Below are positions 34,077 to 47,656 of a stretch of DNA of 64,000 nt, piece by piece. The position numbers and the translations under genes were made by a program. The notes beneath the pieces are model-generated. The model ran no database searches, was not told where the DNA came from, and saw only the letters and a list, made by a program, of their open reading frames with translations. Origin of the DNA: Fistulifera solaris (taxonomy: Eukaryota); the NCBI GenBank assembly GCA_030295235.1, contig AP026148.1:62001-126000 (forward strand). The letters are read 5' to 3'. How positions within the stretch are numbered: position 1 is the first letter of the stretch; each line of letters opens with the position of its first letter.

Positions 34077-35718
34077 CTACACACGACTTTGAAGTGACGG
34101 CAAACACGCTGCAAGGTTGCGGATCCAGCAACGAACGCGACTTCTTCGATTATTGGTGTATTGCGCGCAAGGACAAAAGGTGGATCGCAACTGGCAATTG
34201 AGAGGTTCTTGGTTCGCAAGTCCGGCACCTTGATAAACAAAATCAAAGTTGATTCGGCTGAATACCACCGCACCGTTCGCGCTGCCAAACCCCATATTGT
34301 GAACACCTAAGATTTGGTTTTCAGTGGTGAGCAGCCCGGTTCCGCTGCTCCCTCCTTCCGTATCACAGTAATGAAGAATGTAGTTTGGACCGTAACTTTG
34401 AGCTTTGACAAGTAACGAAGATTTTGAGCGCCAACAGCAAAGCTAACTAGCAATGAAGAGTTTTGTACGTACGTGGATCTGAGCAACGACCGGACGTGAC
34501 CATCTGTTCGTCGAAATCGTAAGGATAACCTGTTAGAGTCATAGTTTGTAATCGAGTATCGGTTACTGATGTATCAGTTCCTGCAACGAGATCAATTCCC
34601 AAATAGCCGACAATGTCACCCGGCTTATGTATCAGCGAAAGATAGAGAAAGAGTCCAAGTGAGATGAGGCGTTCCATGTAGCCATCCATCAATTGTGCTG
34701 TAAAGGGCCAAGGATACTTACGTAAACTTGGGTACTGTCACGGCAGGTATAGCGTGTTTCGTTGCGTGGCTTGTAAGTTACGACTGCGATATCCGCCGTC
34801 CTGCTCCTATTAGCGATGTATGCTTGCATCACGGTCACGTAGTCGACGTCCCACGTGCCAAAAGGTTCCGCAGTTTTGTCGGGCTGCGTAAGATCGATGT
34901 AACGACCCGGTGCTATCTTTTTCATTGGTCTCCAGGTCTTGGAGCTATAACTGTAGGCACAGTGCCCTGCTGTAAGACCCGATCGGCGCGAGATCATGGT
35001 TGCTGTACATAACGTTGGATTATTGTAATCCACTGCTCCAATGGTGCGATAGGGAAAAACCGAAGTGTTTCCTATCACGGAGCGAGTGTCAGGCCCGATG
35101 ACGTCTAACTTCCTGTGACGAAGATTGGATGAAGTATCTTCGACGACACCCCGATACGGCTGAGTTGATGTCATCTTAGTAGAAGAACTCGCCTTGGCAA
35201 TAAATTTGTAGCCCTCGTGAGTCACACGCACAATACTCTTTGTAGCGGACTCTTGAAGGGGAGAAAATATATTGAATTCATCCTCTGCCGAGCCTTCTTC
35301 AACGATCGGTTCCGTAGAAAACTCGATTTCCTTTGTAACGAAACGAAAGTTCTCTTTCGCAAACCGATTCATGATAGCACGCGTAATGATTTCGGAGTTT
35401 CCAGAGAAATCAGGCATCGCGATTCTATCGGCATCTCCCGAGCATGGCCCAGAGGTGAATTTTCTGACGCCCTGTAGTTGACGGAACAAGTGTTAGGACC
35501 GCTAATAACCTAATAGCACTCATCAGACCACTAACCTGACACGAGGCAACGCATCCGTTGACATACGTAAGCAAGTCTTCTCCGCATACTGGACCTCCCA
35601 TGATAGCGCTATCGAGAGAGCACCCAGCATCGCAGTTGTATTGTGCAACAACGCCGGCAAAACTAAAAGCGAGGATAAGGTATGCTGCAAGTACTAGATT
35701 GTTCGAAAGTTTCAACAT
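34077..35718 (-). CDS. Kazal + glutamyl-endopeptidase-like serine protease, copy 2
   Basis: Signal peptide; Kazal; RKL|DVIGPDTR; LTAGHC / ADIAVV / CDTEGGSSG. Introns 35535-35472, 34721-34624, 34472-34403. Splices into an open frame. Confidence 0.88.
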
Positions 35719-36808
35719 GTTAGGCCTTTTTGTTTCGTTTCAAACTTTCTTCTTGAATGAAAATTGTTGGCTTTCTCTTTGCGAGCAAATCTTAGTCCAA
35801 AATTATCAACTGGCGCGTTTTCAAATGCCAATGACATGGTCTCGATAATGAGGACGACAAATACACTTTTTGGTTTTCCGTTGGACTGTCATCACGATTA
35901 GATAGAAAAATTAGTACAGAGAGTCTTACCAAAAACGACGATCCGGTATTCCAACTGCGCTCAATTATTCAAAACTTGCGCTAATTATTGTATTACATAG
36001 AGTGACTAAGCCTAAGTACTTGAAAGCATTCGTCTAAGATAGGCTTTAGATTTGCTTAACAAGGGACTGCAGACACAAAAACAAGAGTGTCATCTACAGA
36101 GTTAATTGTGATGTCTCATCGTCACACAGGCGTCCAATCAGATGCAACCTATTGCCTTTTCGCGCACCTTCAATTTCGCGAACGCAACATGAGAAATGAG
36201 AGAAAGTTCGGTTGTGTTGTTATTCAAGTGATTCAAGAGAGGAAAAGCATTCGACAATCCTCTAATAATGCACTTTGCAGGTCATTTATCTGCAGGATGC
36301 GCTGCTGGCGTGACTTTGGTTGGCGGTAGGATCAATGCGACTTTCATTTCTTTCTGTTAACCAAGTTGAAGCAAGGGCTGATTAATAGAAAACTGGCAGC
36401 CCCACTTGATAAGCAAAACTATCGGAGAGCAAAGCAGAGAAAACGTTTAATCGACCACGACATGCAAGTTGAATTCACTCGAAAAACCCATCTTCGTTAG
36501 AAGTGATCCTGCCTCATCGTTCCACACGTTTCTTCGCATATATCAAGGTCAAAGATTCTGTGCAGTTTAATAGAGAATACGCTTTGCGGGGCCGGAAGCG
36601 ACCCCATCACCCATCAGCGTTCTTTGCTGGCTGTTCATCGAAAAATGGCCGCTGGGTGTTGAATAAACAATGGAACTACATTGTGAAATCGACGTTTTCT
36701 AGTGCAAAGTATTTTTCTTCGTTCGGGTGCGGTTGGTTGAAACGGGCTTAATGATGCAGATTATGAGTTATACACAAACCTCGTTGGTCAGAAGCATGAA
36801 GTTGATAA

Positions 36809-38366
36809 CTAACGGCCCAGACAAGCACCAAAGTTGCGTAGATTACATATCAGTCGTGCAATTCTTCTACTACCGAACTCTGCACATGTGCAAGTTTGGG
36901 GCGCTTGACTCGTTAGCCCAGCCCAACTGGAAACTATGTCGAAATATTCGGGAGTCAAAACCGTGGCTCCATTGACTCGACCTGGTGCTATAGGATTGTT
37001 ATGCGCTCCATTATGGACGCCCAACACTTTGTTGTCATTCGTCAAAGTAGCGGCGCCACTCATCCCGGGCATAGTGTCACTTTAAAAGTACGTCCATGAG
37101 AAGCCAGACATAACCAATATTGTTTGATCGAACCGCCATAGATCACTTACCATGTGTGATAGATATACTTGGGCTTGGTGGAGAATGCTGTGCGAAGAAA
37201 AAGTCAAAGTCATGTGAGTATAGTCGGAAATGACCAAGTATTCATTCACTTGATACTTACGTGCATTGGGACAGAGCCCTGTTGTGATCATCTTGTGTTT
37301 CATATCATAAGGGTATCCTGTGATGGTCATGTTCGAGAATCGCGCATCAGTGACGTTCGAATTATCTTCTCCTACACGGTCTATTGACAAGTATCCAACA
37401 AATTCCCCAGGGTAGACCGAAAAAATACCTAGAAAACGCCTCCTTCGTTTCTTGAACGTAACTACACCCATGTCATAGATTTCATTGCCTGATTCCTCCC
37501 ATCCCTTAAAATAGGATGTGTAATCAACATCCCACGTGCCGAAAGGCTCCGTGGTATTATCAATCTGCCCCGGATCATAAAAACGACCCGGAGCGAACCG
37601 AGTAACGTTAAAAGTCATTTTGGCCGCTCTATCGTAAAGACAATGCGCCGCGGTTATACCAGAAGTCGGACTTATCATGGTAAGAGTGCACCCGGAATCG
37701 GAGAAATCGAAATCCAACCCACCCATGGTCCGATAGGGAAAGATAGTCGAGTCTGGAACCATCGTCCTCGTGTCTTCCCCAATCACCACTAATTTTCGCT
37801 TGCGAAGACGCGGCTGATTCTCAGCAATACGACCTTCGTAAGAAGGCGTGGGACCTTGGATCTTGGCAAATGACTTGACTTTCGAAATGAACTTGTATCC
37901 CTCACTGGTGACACGTACGGTATCAAATCCATCCGGCGATACAGACGATGAAAACACATTCGAGTTGTGTATGAAATCGCGAATCGGATCCCTTGAAAAA
38001 TCAATCTCTTTCGTGACGAATCGGAAACTTTCTTTCGCAAATCGACTCATAATTTCACGCGTAATTACTTCGGTTTGCCCCGAAAGATCAATCTGTTCGA
38101 GGCGGTCTCCTTCACCCCCACAAGAGCCCGCAGTGAACTTGACGCCCTATACGAACGACACGTTAGTCTCATCAGCGATGAAACTATTCAACGGCAATGT
38201 CACTTACTTGGCAAAACGCGAGACATCCGTTTGCGTAACTTATTCCATCGGATCCGCAAACGGGTTGCCCCATTAGGGCAGGATCGAGACTGCAACCCGC
38301 ATCGCAATTGTATTGTGCCGCTGCAGGAGCGACCCAAAGGATGAGAAGAAGTAAAGCGTTCCACAT
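36809..38366 (-). CDS. Kazal + glutamyl-endopeptidase-like serine protease, copy 3
   Basis: MWNALLLL signal; Kazal; RKL|VVIGEDTR; ITAAHC / YDMGVV / CDTMPGMSG. Introns 38207-38147, 37260-37188, 37150-37080, with a 37-nt exon between the last two. Confidence 0.88.
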
Positions 38367-40342
38367 GTTGCCCGTTCCCTTGGAAGATCTCGGTTTTCGA
38401 TTTGGAAAAGCAAAGTCTTTTGGAAATGACAGCACCTGCCGATGCAACGCTGAAGAACATTTCCAACTGAAGTCATTCGGCGGGGCTGGCTCGGAGCAAT
38501 TTCGAGGGCTTCATACAAAACACGTCTAAAAACTTCGTATCATCGTGTCTGTACTTGGGCACGCTATCAAAGAAGTCCGCGAGGACATCAAACCATTTTG
38601 GCAAGACCGGTAAGTACTAAGTACTTATATTTATATTAAACAGGAAACGCGCTAACCGACCATTTCCTATCAATAAAAGTATCAACGGCTGCCAAGTATG
38701 GAGCTGGGAGAGTGAAGCATTTTTTCGCAATGACTTCCTTTCATTTTTTCTGTTTTCAAACTGGATAACAAAGACCTCGTTCTATAAATGGAGCCGTTGC
38801 TAACTATCAAACGGTCGACTCCGAAATCTATGTTCCGAGAAAAAGTAGCCGTAACAACGGAACTCGCATCATGCGTGTTTGTTTGTCGTTGTACAAGGTA
38901 TGTGCAATGTGATGTAATTGATGATGAAGGAAAAAATTGTTTGTGTCATCAAGAGCCGTGGCAGTGAGCAACTCGAAAACGACTATGTAAAGGGCCGACC
39001 ATAATATACCATCGAGGGTTTGAGAGATATTATAGCGACAATTGTACTGGTCAATCGGAAAACCATGTAGATATTTTAGGGGAACGATCTACCATCGCGG
39101 CTGTGAGACACGCAAGAGCCACCACCACCACCACCAAAATAGATTAAGTTTATGTGACTCGAAGCGGTTTGCTAATGTTCTTCAGCGAAAAAGATGTAGC
39201 GGCTTTCGTCCATCTTGTCAAAAACGCCCTGGAGAGCTCAGATTCTTTATCGACCGTGAGGAGGCGTTTACTGCCATCGAATTCTTGATCAATACCCAAC
39301 AGAAAAGGCCCCCAGACATGGATCAAGGATTTGCATTCCAATTCAAAATAGGATGCAGTTGAGCCACTCGCCTTACCGCAACGGCCCTCTGGTTTGATGT
39401 GAAAGTTCTCTTCGATCGTGCTCGTCCATCCTTCATGGTCGGCTAGAGCGTTCATGAATTTTAACAAGATCGACCCAACTGCAGTGAGATTCACGGGAAA
39501 TAGGTACATATCTTCCATTGGAGAGTCGACTACCATGGCCTTGAAACTTGATGATGCAATTTTCATTGTTCGAATAGTCGGGTGCGAAAAATTGTCCCTG
39601 TATTACCTTCTCTTCGGACTGAGTGCGAGTCGAGAAGGCATACGCTACTTCTGCTGTGAGCTGAGCTACGCCGACATTATAAAGATGCTCGATGCAATGA
39701 ATTGCAATTTAAAATTATAGCTGAATGTCTCGATTCATCTAAAAGGATCTCACAAAGATTGTGTTCGACTTGAAGCCCCAATCAGCAAGTCGCAAGAGCC
39801 CTAGTCAGCCCGCTTTGCTTTTCCGAATGAAGACTACGTCGCCAAGCCAGTATTTGACAAAAATGGTGTTGGGAGCAATGCTACCAGAAATAAATGGCTC
39901 TCTAGCCAACATTATTGCCTATTGCTTTTGATTAATTTCTGGCAATATGGCTTTTTTGTCTGAAAGACGACTGAAAGCAAGAGGGATGATAGTGGATCCG
40001 AACCGAAGATTTGGCTTTTTATGCTGATGAGGGATCAGTCACGACCTAGCGATTTGGTGAGATTCAAAACTCTTTGAAGTATACCTCGTTCAACATTCAG
40101 ATTAACCTGCTTCCTAATAGTCGAAATCGCCTGTTAGATAAAGTGTATACTTTTCGCTTTAGTTGCTAAAAGGTCGTCGATAGTTGCACATTGCAAATAC
40201 GGTTCCTAGAGTTGATAGCTCTTCTTTTGTGAAGTTAACGCGCTCATTGCTAATTTGAGTTTAATGTACAATCGCCCGCGATGAGGGAAAGTTGAGGCAG
40301 GGCTTTGAAGGGCATGATACGCAGCAGGATGCAAAGAATTCA

Positions 40343-41976
40343 TCAGATTCGGTTCGCGCTTTCCAGTGCCAGTCGCAAACAACCTCTAAAGTTAATAAAC
40401 CAACAGATTGCCCGCTGGGACGGATTGCTTTGTGATGAGCAGGGACACGTGTTTGATGCTGAGCATACGAATGCCTGTTGATTTGCTAGTCCTGCCCAAG
40501 TAAATACGGAATCATACAGTTTGTCCTTCAGAACAGCTCCTCCATTGCGACTAGATACCCAATTTCCATGAGCATGAACACCGACAGCAACATTGTTGGG
40601 GAGTAAGAAGCTACTCCCGCTCATTCCCGCAACCGTGTCGCAAAAATGCCAGATATAGTGCGAACCGCCCGACAAAGCTATCAATCAGAGAAAAAGATGA
40701 GCGTCAGTATAGATTGCAACATTTTTTCTCGTATCTTGTCGCTAATTTTTCCACTTACCTTCGCGAGAACAGGCGTTCGAGGTGACCATCTTCCAAAGTA
40801 GTCGGAAGGATAGCCAGTAACAATGAGAGCGGCCAAGCGCGGATCATTAACGACTGAACTTGTTCCTAAGACTCGATCGATACCAACAAATCCTACTACA
40901 TCGCCCGGCTTTGTAGGGAACGAAGAGCCTAGGTTAGGCCACGGAATTTCAGTGTATTGCGAATCCACATGAATGATACTTACGTAGACGTTTGAGCAAC
41001 CGAGATCGGGACGATTGGATGGCTTAAACGTGACGACAGCCATGTCAAAGTTTCCATCTTTTGAATCTTTGTACTCCCGGAAGGTTGTCGTATAATCCAC
41101 ATCCCACGTTCCATAAGGATCTATCATACTACCAGTCGAAGCATCCACGTAACGTCCTGGAGCCACTTTCATCATCGGAAGCGGTTCGTTGGTACTCGTT
41201 CGCCAAACACAGTGGCCGGCAGTTAATGCTGAACTTCGAGAAATCATTGTTACTGTGCAGACGCTAGTCCCCTTGGTATAGTTATAGTCCGCGGAGCCGA
41301 TGGCGCGAAAGGGAAAAGCGGTCGTATCGGGGACAACACTTCGAGAGTCCGTTCCGATGACAATCAAATTACGTTCACGAAGAAGCTTTCGGTCAACTTG
41401 GCCAGCAAGACCTTCGTTCGCAACACTGGAATTTGGAATGCCAGTCGATGCTGTTGACTCCAAAGGCGCCATAAACTCGTAACCTTCGCTAGTAATACGC
41501 AAAACGTGAGGATGAAGAGGGACGTCGAGGCGATCCACCAAGTCGGATTCTACGACATCTTCGTAATCATCGAGCTGTGTTGCAAATTTGACTCGCTTGG
41601 TCACAAACCGAAAGCTCTCGTGCGCGAATCGATTCATAACATCCATTGTTATCACGTCAGCACTTCCCGGAAAATCAAACCCAGACAATCGGCTTTCATT
41701 CATTCCTTCGCATGACCCGTAATTGAATTTGGTGACGCCCTGTATAACAATCCGATCAACGAACCGTTAGCCTTCTTGTCTGATCAATCACGCATTGCAG
41801 CACGTTTGCGCACTTACTTGACACCACGCCACACAAGCGTTCTGATAAGTGAAGCCATCGTCGTCGCATACAGATGGACCCATGATGCTTCCATCGAGAG
41901 AACATCCTGCGTTACAATCATACTGTGACGCCACACAGGTAAACGAAGACAGAATGAACAAGAGAGTCTTTCGCAT
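40343..41976 (-). CDS. Kazal + glutamyl-endopeptidase-like serine protease, copy 4
   Basis: Signal peptide; Kazal; RNL|IVIGTDSR; LTAGHC / FDMAVV / CDTVAGMSG. Introns 41817-41740, 40983-40909, 40758-40678. Apparent single-base deletion near 40791. Confidence 0.88.
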
Positions 41977-42909
41977 TTTGTCTCGTCCAAATTTAGATGA
42001 ACGTCAAGGAAAGCAGTAGAGACGCTAAGGAGTCGAATTATCGATCGGTGGATGATAATGACGAAATTGTTGCTGAGGGAAAGGTCTTTGCTTTTCCGCG
42101 TTGAGACCTTGGCGCGGGCCAAATTTTCTATAATTGGTGATTAGTCTTAATTACCCAAAATTACCCCTTACAAAACTGTAGAGTAATTTCGTTCGCGGTC
42201 TATTAACTTGTTTCGTAAATTGATTATTCTGTAAAAAGTACTTAAAGTATAGTATGTTTCTGTAGTATGGTGTTCGTCTCTATTCTTGTTGATCTCTTGT
42301 TATCCTGTCGTCCGTCATCGGCATTGGACATGGAGGGAGATTTTTGATTTGATGTCAACATGTGCAACGTGCACCTTCCAATCCCAACGGAAATCTATCG
42401 GATGTCGTTTCTTCGGAAGAGAACGAATAAACGTCCATCAGTCACATTCAAAACCTTGTCACCAGGATTGCGAACACCATGCAAACCTCTTTTTTTTTCT
42501 TCCAGGAACTGCAATCCATTAGAGTGGCGTTCGCCATCAATCAGACTGACATTTCAAGATGAGGGCGTTTCTTGCCGATTGCAAGGTCGAAAACAGCAAA
42601 TGCACTTTCTCTCGTGGCGAACTGCGAATTGTCCGATGATGATGACAATGACAACAGAATCAAATCGCTAGAGCTACATTGAAAAAATGCCGAGCTCCAT
42701 TTTCCTCAAGACCGAATTCACCTTCCTGTGAACCGTCTACGGGGAAAAAATATTCCGTAATAGAGAACCAAAGCGACTATGGACGAACACACCAATGCCC
42801 CCTTTTTATGACTCGCAAGGTGCAATTGCAGTTTTAACGAAAACAGGGAACTAAATGAAGAATGGTGACGATATACCTGCATCTTCCTTTTTCCTCATTC
42901 GTATCATCC

Positions 42910-42910
42910 G

Positions 42911-42958
<48 letters not shown>

Positions 42959-42964
42959 CGACGA
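42910..42964. repeat. (GAT)n microsatellite
   Basis: About 16 GAT units followed by GAC units; intergenic. Confidence 0.95.
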
Positions 42965-43217
42965 CCCTCTAGCTTTCAAAAGGTGCAAAAATACTCTTGA
43001 AACAAAGTTGTTTTGTACTGCTTTGTGCAAGTATATAAATGCGATTGAGAACATTTGAATCTTTCCACACTATAGGCGTTCAGACGATATCAAAACATTC
43101 TAGATTTCTTCGATTGCTATGCGAGTTAGTAGGCATCCTTCGGTAAGCTAATAATCGTTTACGCGATAAAGCAGACAAAAAAGTAGATTAATTCGCAGAT
43201 TATTTTTACATCAGTTG

Positions 43218-45476
43218 TCATTTCTTGCCACCTTTACCACTTGAGCTCTTCTTGTAGTGCTTATGGTAATTATCAGAGTCAGAGGCACTACTGTACTTTT
43301 TCTGTTTCTTCTTTTTACTGCTCTTGCCGTTACCTGGATAGGGTTGTAGTACCGGAGCTGCGACTGGACTCGTGGGACTTCTGACGGGTTGGGTGGGAAG
43401 AATGTCGGCAGTCGGGGCCACAAAAGCAGGTGCAGTCACGGGGCTGGCGACGGGCAATGCCTGCGGTACGGCGACAGGGAGCACAACGGGTCTGGGAACG
43501 GGCACGATCTCTGGCACGGGAGCAGGTAACGTAACGGGACTGGCGACGGGCACTGCCTGAGGTACAGGTGCTGGGGCCACAACGGGTCTGGGAACGGGCA
43601 CGATCTCAGGCACGGGAGCAGGTAGCATTACCGGGCTGGCGATGGGTACCACCGGAGGCACGGGAGAGGGAAGCACCACCGGGCTGGATACGGGCACGAT
43701 CTGAGGAACCGGAGCCGGGAGCACAATAGGGCTAATTACTTTTACTGGCTGTGACGCTGGAGCGGGCTGTGGTGCTGCTACTGGTCGAACGATAGGGCTG
43801 ATGACTTTCACTGGTTGAGACGCTGGAGCAGGTATTATTTCACGTGTTGGACCTGTAACTTGAGAAGGGGCTGGTGCCGGCAGAACGATTGGAGACAGTC
43901 CTGGTGAAGGTTGTCTCTGCGGAGTTGAGACGGGTCTCTGAACCGGAGGAGCCACAGGTTGTACAACTGGTGATAATACTTCAGTTCGTGAACACAAGGT
44001 TTGACCTCTCCCATGTCCCGCCCATTCATAGATAGATGCGTACAAGCGCGTCGTCATCATCACAGCCCCATTCACGCTTGATGATGCGGTTTGAACGCCA
44101 TGGGTGTGAACTCCCAGAGCAATATTGCCCTCGACTAAAACCGAGCTCCCAGAATTACCTCCGACGGTGTCACAGTAATGATTGATGTAATTAGGCCTGC
44201 GACTTTCAGGAGCTAGAACGGAAATTGGGAAGTTATTACGTGAGCTGGCAGCGATAGCTAACAAACCGAAGGAATACTATTGACTTACCTCGATCGCATG
44301 GACCGGATGTCGCCATCTGGCGATTATAGTCATACGGATAGCCGGTGATCACCATCGTCGACAAGCGGCTATCCACAACTCGTCCATCTACTTCAGCTGG
44401 ACGATCGAGTCCTACATGCCCTAAGGCATCTCCGGGCTGAGATGGAAAAGAGAGTGAGAGTGAGAACGTAGCCTTGCGTTGGCAAGCGCAAACCCAGAGA
44501 TACTTACGTATAGCTCCTTGCAGGTAGAAAGATTGTTGCGGATACGGGGCTTATAGGTCACAACCGCAATATCGAAATTGGTATGACCAAACTGCTGAAA
44601 GTTTCCAAACAACGAAACATAATCCACTTCCCAAGTTCCAAAGGGTTCCGCTGTCCCGTCTCTTTTCGTGGCGTCACGAAATCTTGCCGGAGCAATCGCA
44701 GTCATATTCATTGGCGCCTTCCTGTTCGTATTCCAGACACAATGCCCAGCCGTCAGTGCCGAGGTGCGGCTGATGAGCGTCAACGTGCAACCTCCTTCTC
44801 CCCACCAATAATCCGCGTTTGCTATAGTACGAAATGGGTATCGAGTTGTATCCGCAACTGGAGTTCTTGAGTCTTGCCCGATCAGGACCAACTCTCGTCT
44901 TTTGCGTGTGCCATCATCCTCGCCGTCGTCTTCCAAGCCGTTTTCGCCCAAAAGTCCCAGTTGTGGCGCAACTGGCTGGAGGAGCGCTTCCTCTTCAAAT
45001 GTTAGTGTCGTTCTGTACTCGTATCCTTCGGGCGTGAACCGATAATTTGGAACAAACTGGTCATCCATTTCCTCCAGAAAATCATCGTCTGTTTCATTAA
45101 TCATTTGCTCCTCGAGCAAGTAGCGGATATCTTCTTCAAAATTAGTCGACGGTAGGCGCTTTCCAACGAAACGATAATCCGAGAAGCGTGTCATGGTACT
45201 CATGGGGATAACTTGTGGCTCCGACGACACGAAGGACTCTTGGAAAGGATCTTCTCCTTCGCAAACACCCAAGCTAGCAACTGTAATGTTCTGGCATACC
45301 GCCAAACATTCGTTTAAATACGTGAGATTGTCTCCTCCACACACAGGTGGACCCATGAGACTAGCATCTAGACTGCAACCGACGTTACAATCATACGTTG
45401 CTTGTGAAGCAACGATTGAAAGAAGGGATGCCAATGAAACGAGATGTAGAAGAGACTCTTTCATGATGCAGTTCAC
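43218..45476 (-). CDS. Kazal + glutamyl-endopeptidase-like serine protease, copy 5, with long Pro/Val/Ala-rich repeat tail and basic C-terminus
   Basis: Signal peptide; intron-less Kazal; REL|VLIGQDSR; LTAGHC / FDIAVV / CDTVGGNSG. Introns 44507-44437 and 44288-44213. Tail of PAPVPxIVPVxSPVVL-like repeats, then KKKKQKK...GKGGKK. Confidence 0.88.
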
Positions 45477-45986
45477 TTGATTTAGCTTGTTCTTTCGATA
45501 ATAATTCCGATTGTTTTGATGTGTTTGATATATTTTTTGGTTTGTGTCTTTATTGCTGGATGTTTAGTTGATAATTCTGTAGAATGATCTGAGAAAGCAT
45601 TTTGAAATTGTGTGGACTTGTAGTCTTACTTTCGCTCCGCCTAACGCTTCATTTGTTCGCCGCTATAAATGTGCATCCGACAATTTGAATAGAAGTTGAT
45701 CTGCAGATACAGTACGTCTCTCAACCGCGAATGTTCTTTTAAAGGGTTAGCGATCGGCATCCTCCGTTGACTACCGCATACGACATCCGTCCGTCCGTTT
45801 GCTCGATTGGAGGGAGGAAGGAGAAAGGAGACACTAATTATTACCGGTACTGGTACTGTACTGGTATGGTCCGTCGCCCGCGTCGTGAACGAAAAGAACA
45901 ACAATAACACAGCAACGATGAAAGGGCCACAACATACTTTGTATTTGACCCTTTCTTTCACTCCTCTTTCAATTCTCGAGACTGCA

Positions 45987-47472
45987 ATGCCTTCAAGAAC
46001 CTTTCTTTCGCTCTACAGTCATTCAATTTTACTGCTCATCCTCTCTCTGACGCTCTCTAGCAGTCAATCGTCTTCATCTTATGATTGCGAAAACGAGGGA
46101 TGCTCATGGGAGACGGTCCCTCCTGTCTGCGGTGTGAACGGCGTTACCTATGCGAATGAGTGTTTGGCTTATTGTCAAGTGAGTACCAGGTATTTGTGCT
46201 GCTGCCTTTCAAAGCGTCTGTTTCGCTGCTTCTTTCTGTCTCGAATAGAGGATGTTCTGTTGTCAGCACAAATGTTTTTGCAGTCAGTTCTATCTGCACT
46301 TCCTAACTCATTTTCGCTTTTCATCGCAGAATATAGAGATCGCTTTCATCGGTCCTTGTTCCGAAAGCGGCAGTATTGCTTCCACCCCTTATGACGATGG
46401 GATCAATGCAACTATTTCGATCATGCAGCGGTTTCAAAAGGAGAATTTCATGCTGACAGAAAGACGGAATTTAGCTGATCTCGTGCTTCCAGAATACAAT
46501 CCAACATTCCATTCCGAGATGAGGAAAGACGAGATACCTCTCGAACAACAACCCATGTTGTGGAGTCGGTTCACGTCTGATGGTTATGTCTATACGGCGG
46601 TGGTTACAGACGAGAGTAACAAACGGTTTTTACAAGAGTTGCCAACAAATTACGAGTCACATAACAATCGCTCCTTGATTATAATTGGTGCCGATACGCG
46701 AAAGATTGTCACTAACAATCACAATCGCTTGCCTTACTCGCCCATTGTTGAGTTAGATTACGGGTTTGGAAATTCAGAAGGCGGCTGTACCGGGACATTG
46801 ATAGGGAAAAGTTCGGTTTTAACGGCGGCTCATTGTTTGTATAACTTTGGCCGCAAAGAATACACGAATCCCTTACGCATGGCACCTGGTCGATATCGTC
46901 AAGGTACTAGTACAATTGAACCTCATGGACTCTTCGGCTTTCGCTACTCGACTATTTTTAGTGTTTATCAAACGACGGGAGATGGGCGTTACGATCTAGG
47001 CGTCGCTACATACAATGCAGACAGTCAAGGTCGGTTTCCCGGTCAACTCGCAGGTACTCTTTGTTTAACAGAAGCCGCGACACAAAAGCTTACGGCGGAA
47101 ACAATTCTGGCCGGTTATCCGATGGATTTCCCCGACGGAAATCTAGTAGAATCGAGGGGCTGCAAATGGCGTCTTGAGAATGGGATCATTTCACATGACT
47201 GTGATACGACAGGAGGACAAAGCGGAAGTCCTATCGTGTCCTCGATGTCTGAAATGCTGGGACTGCACATCGGATATGATCCCAATGCTCCTACGATCAT
47301 CAACACTGCGCTCGGCTGGAACAATGCTACTTACAGCTCGGTGTACGCGTGGGCTCCCGATGCCAGAAGTTGTCCGGATCGAAGATTTTGTAGCAACTGC
47401 CCTGTCCTTGAGAGATCTTTGATGCGTGCACTGTGTTCTCTGGTCTGCCGGGTGTTCGGTAATGCAGAATGA
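45987..47472 (+). CDS. Kazal + glutamyl-endopeptidase-like serine protease, copy 6 (most divergent)
   Basis: MPSRTFL signal; Kazal CENEGCSWETVPPVCGVNGVTYANECLAYC; intron 46179-46329; RSL|IIIGADTR; CTGTLIG, LTAAHC / YDLGV / CDTTGGQSGSP. Confidence 0.88.
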
Positions 47473-47656
47473 AGTTTGAGTTTGCGTTGGTATTCTAAAC
47501 GATCTTTAGATGGAGGAAAGTAACGCACAACAGCAGAGAAACGCCAAGTCCGTGGTTGCTTTATCGCTTGATGAAAGATTATGGATTAAGCTAGATGCAT
47601 CCTAATGTTTGATTTCGAGGGAGAGGATGGTGCAATACGTACTTAACCGGAGCTGA

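Noticed and set aside
39150..39566. 138-aa minus-strand ORF between protease copies 3 and 4
   Set aside because: No recognisable domain or similarity to the neighbours; it could be a remnant but cannot be supported.
42851..43058. Poly-Asp / poly-Ser ORFs
   Set aside because: Produced by the (GAT)n microsatellite.
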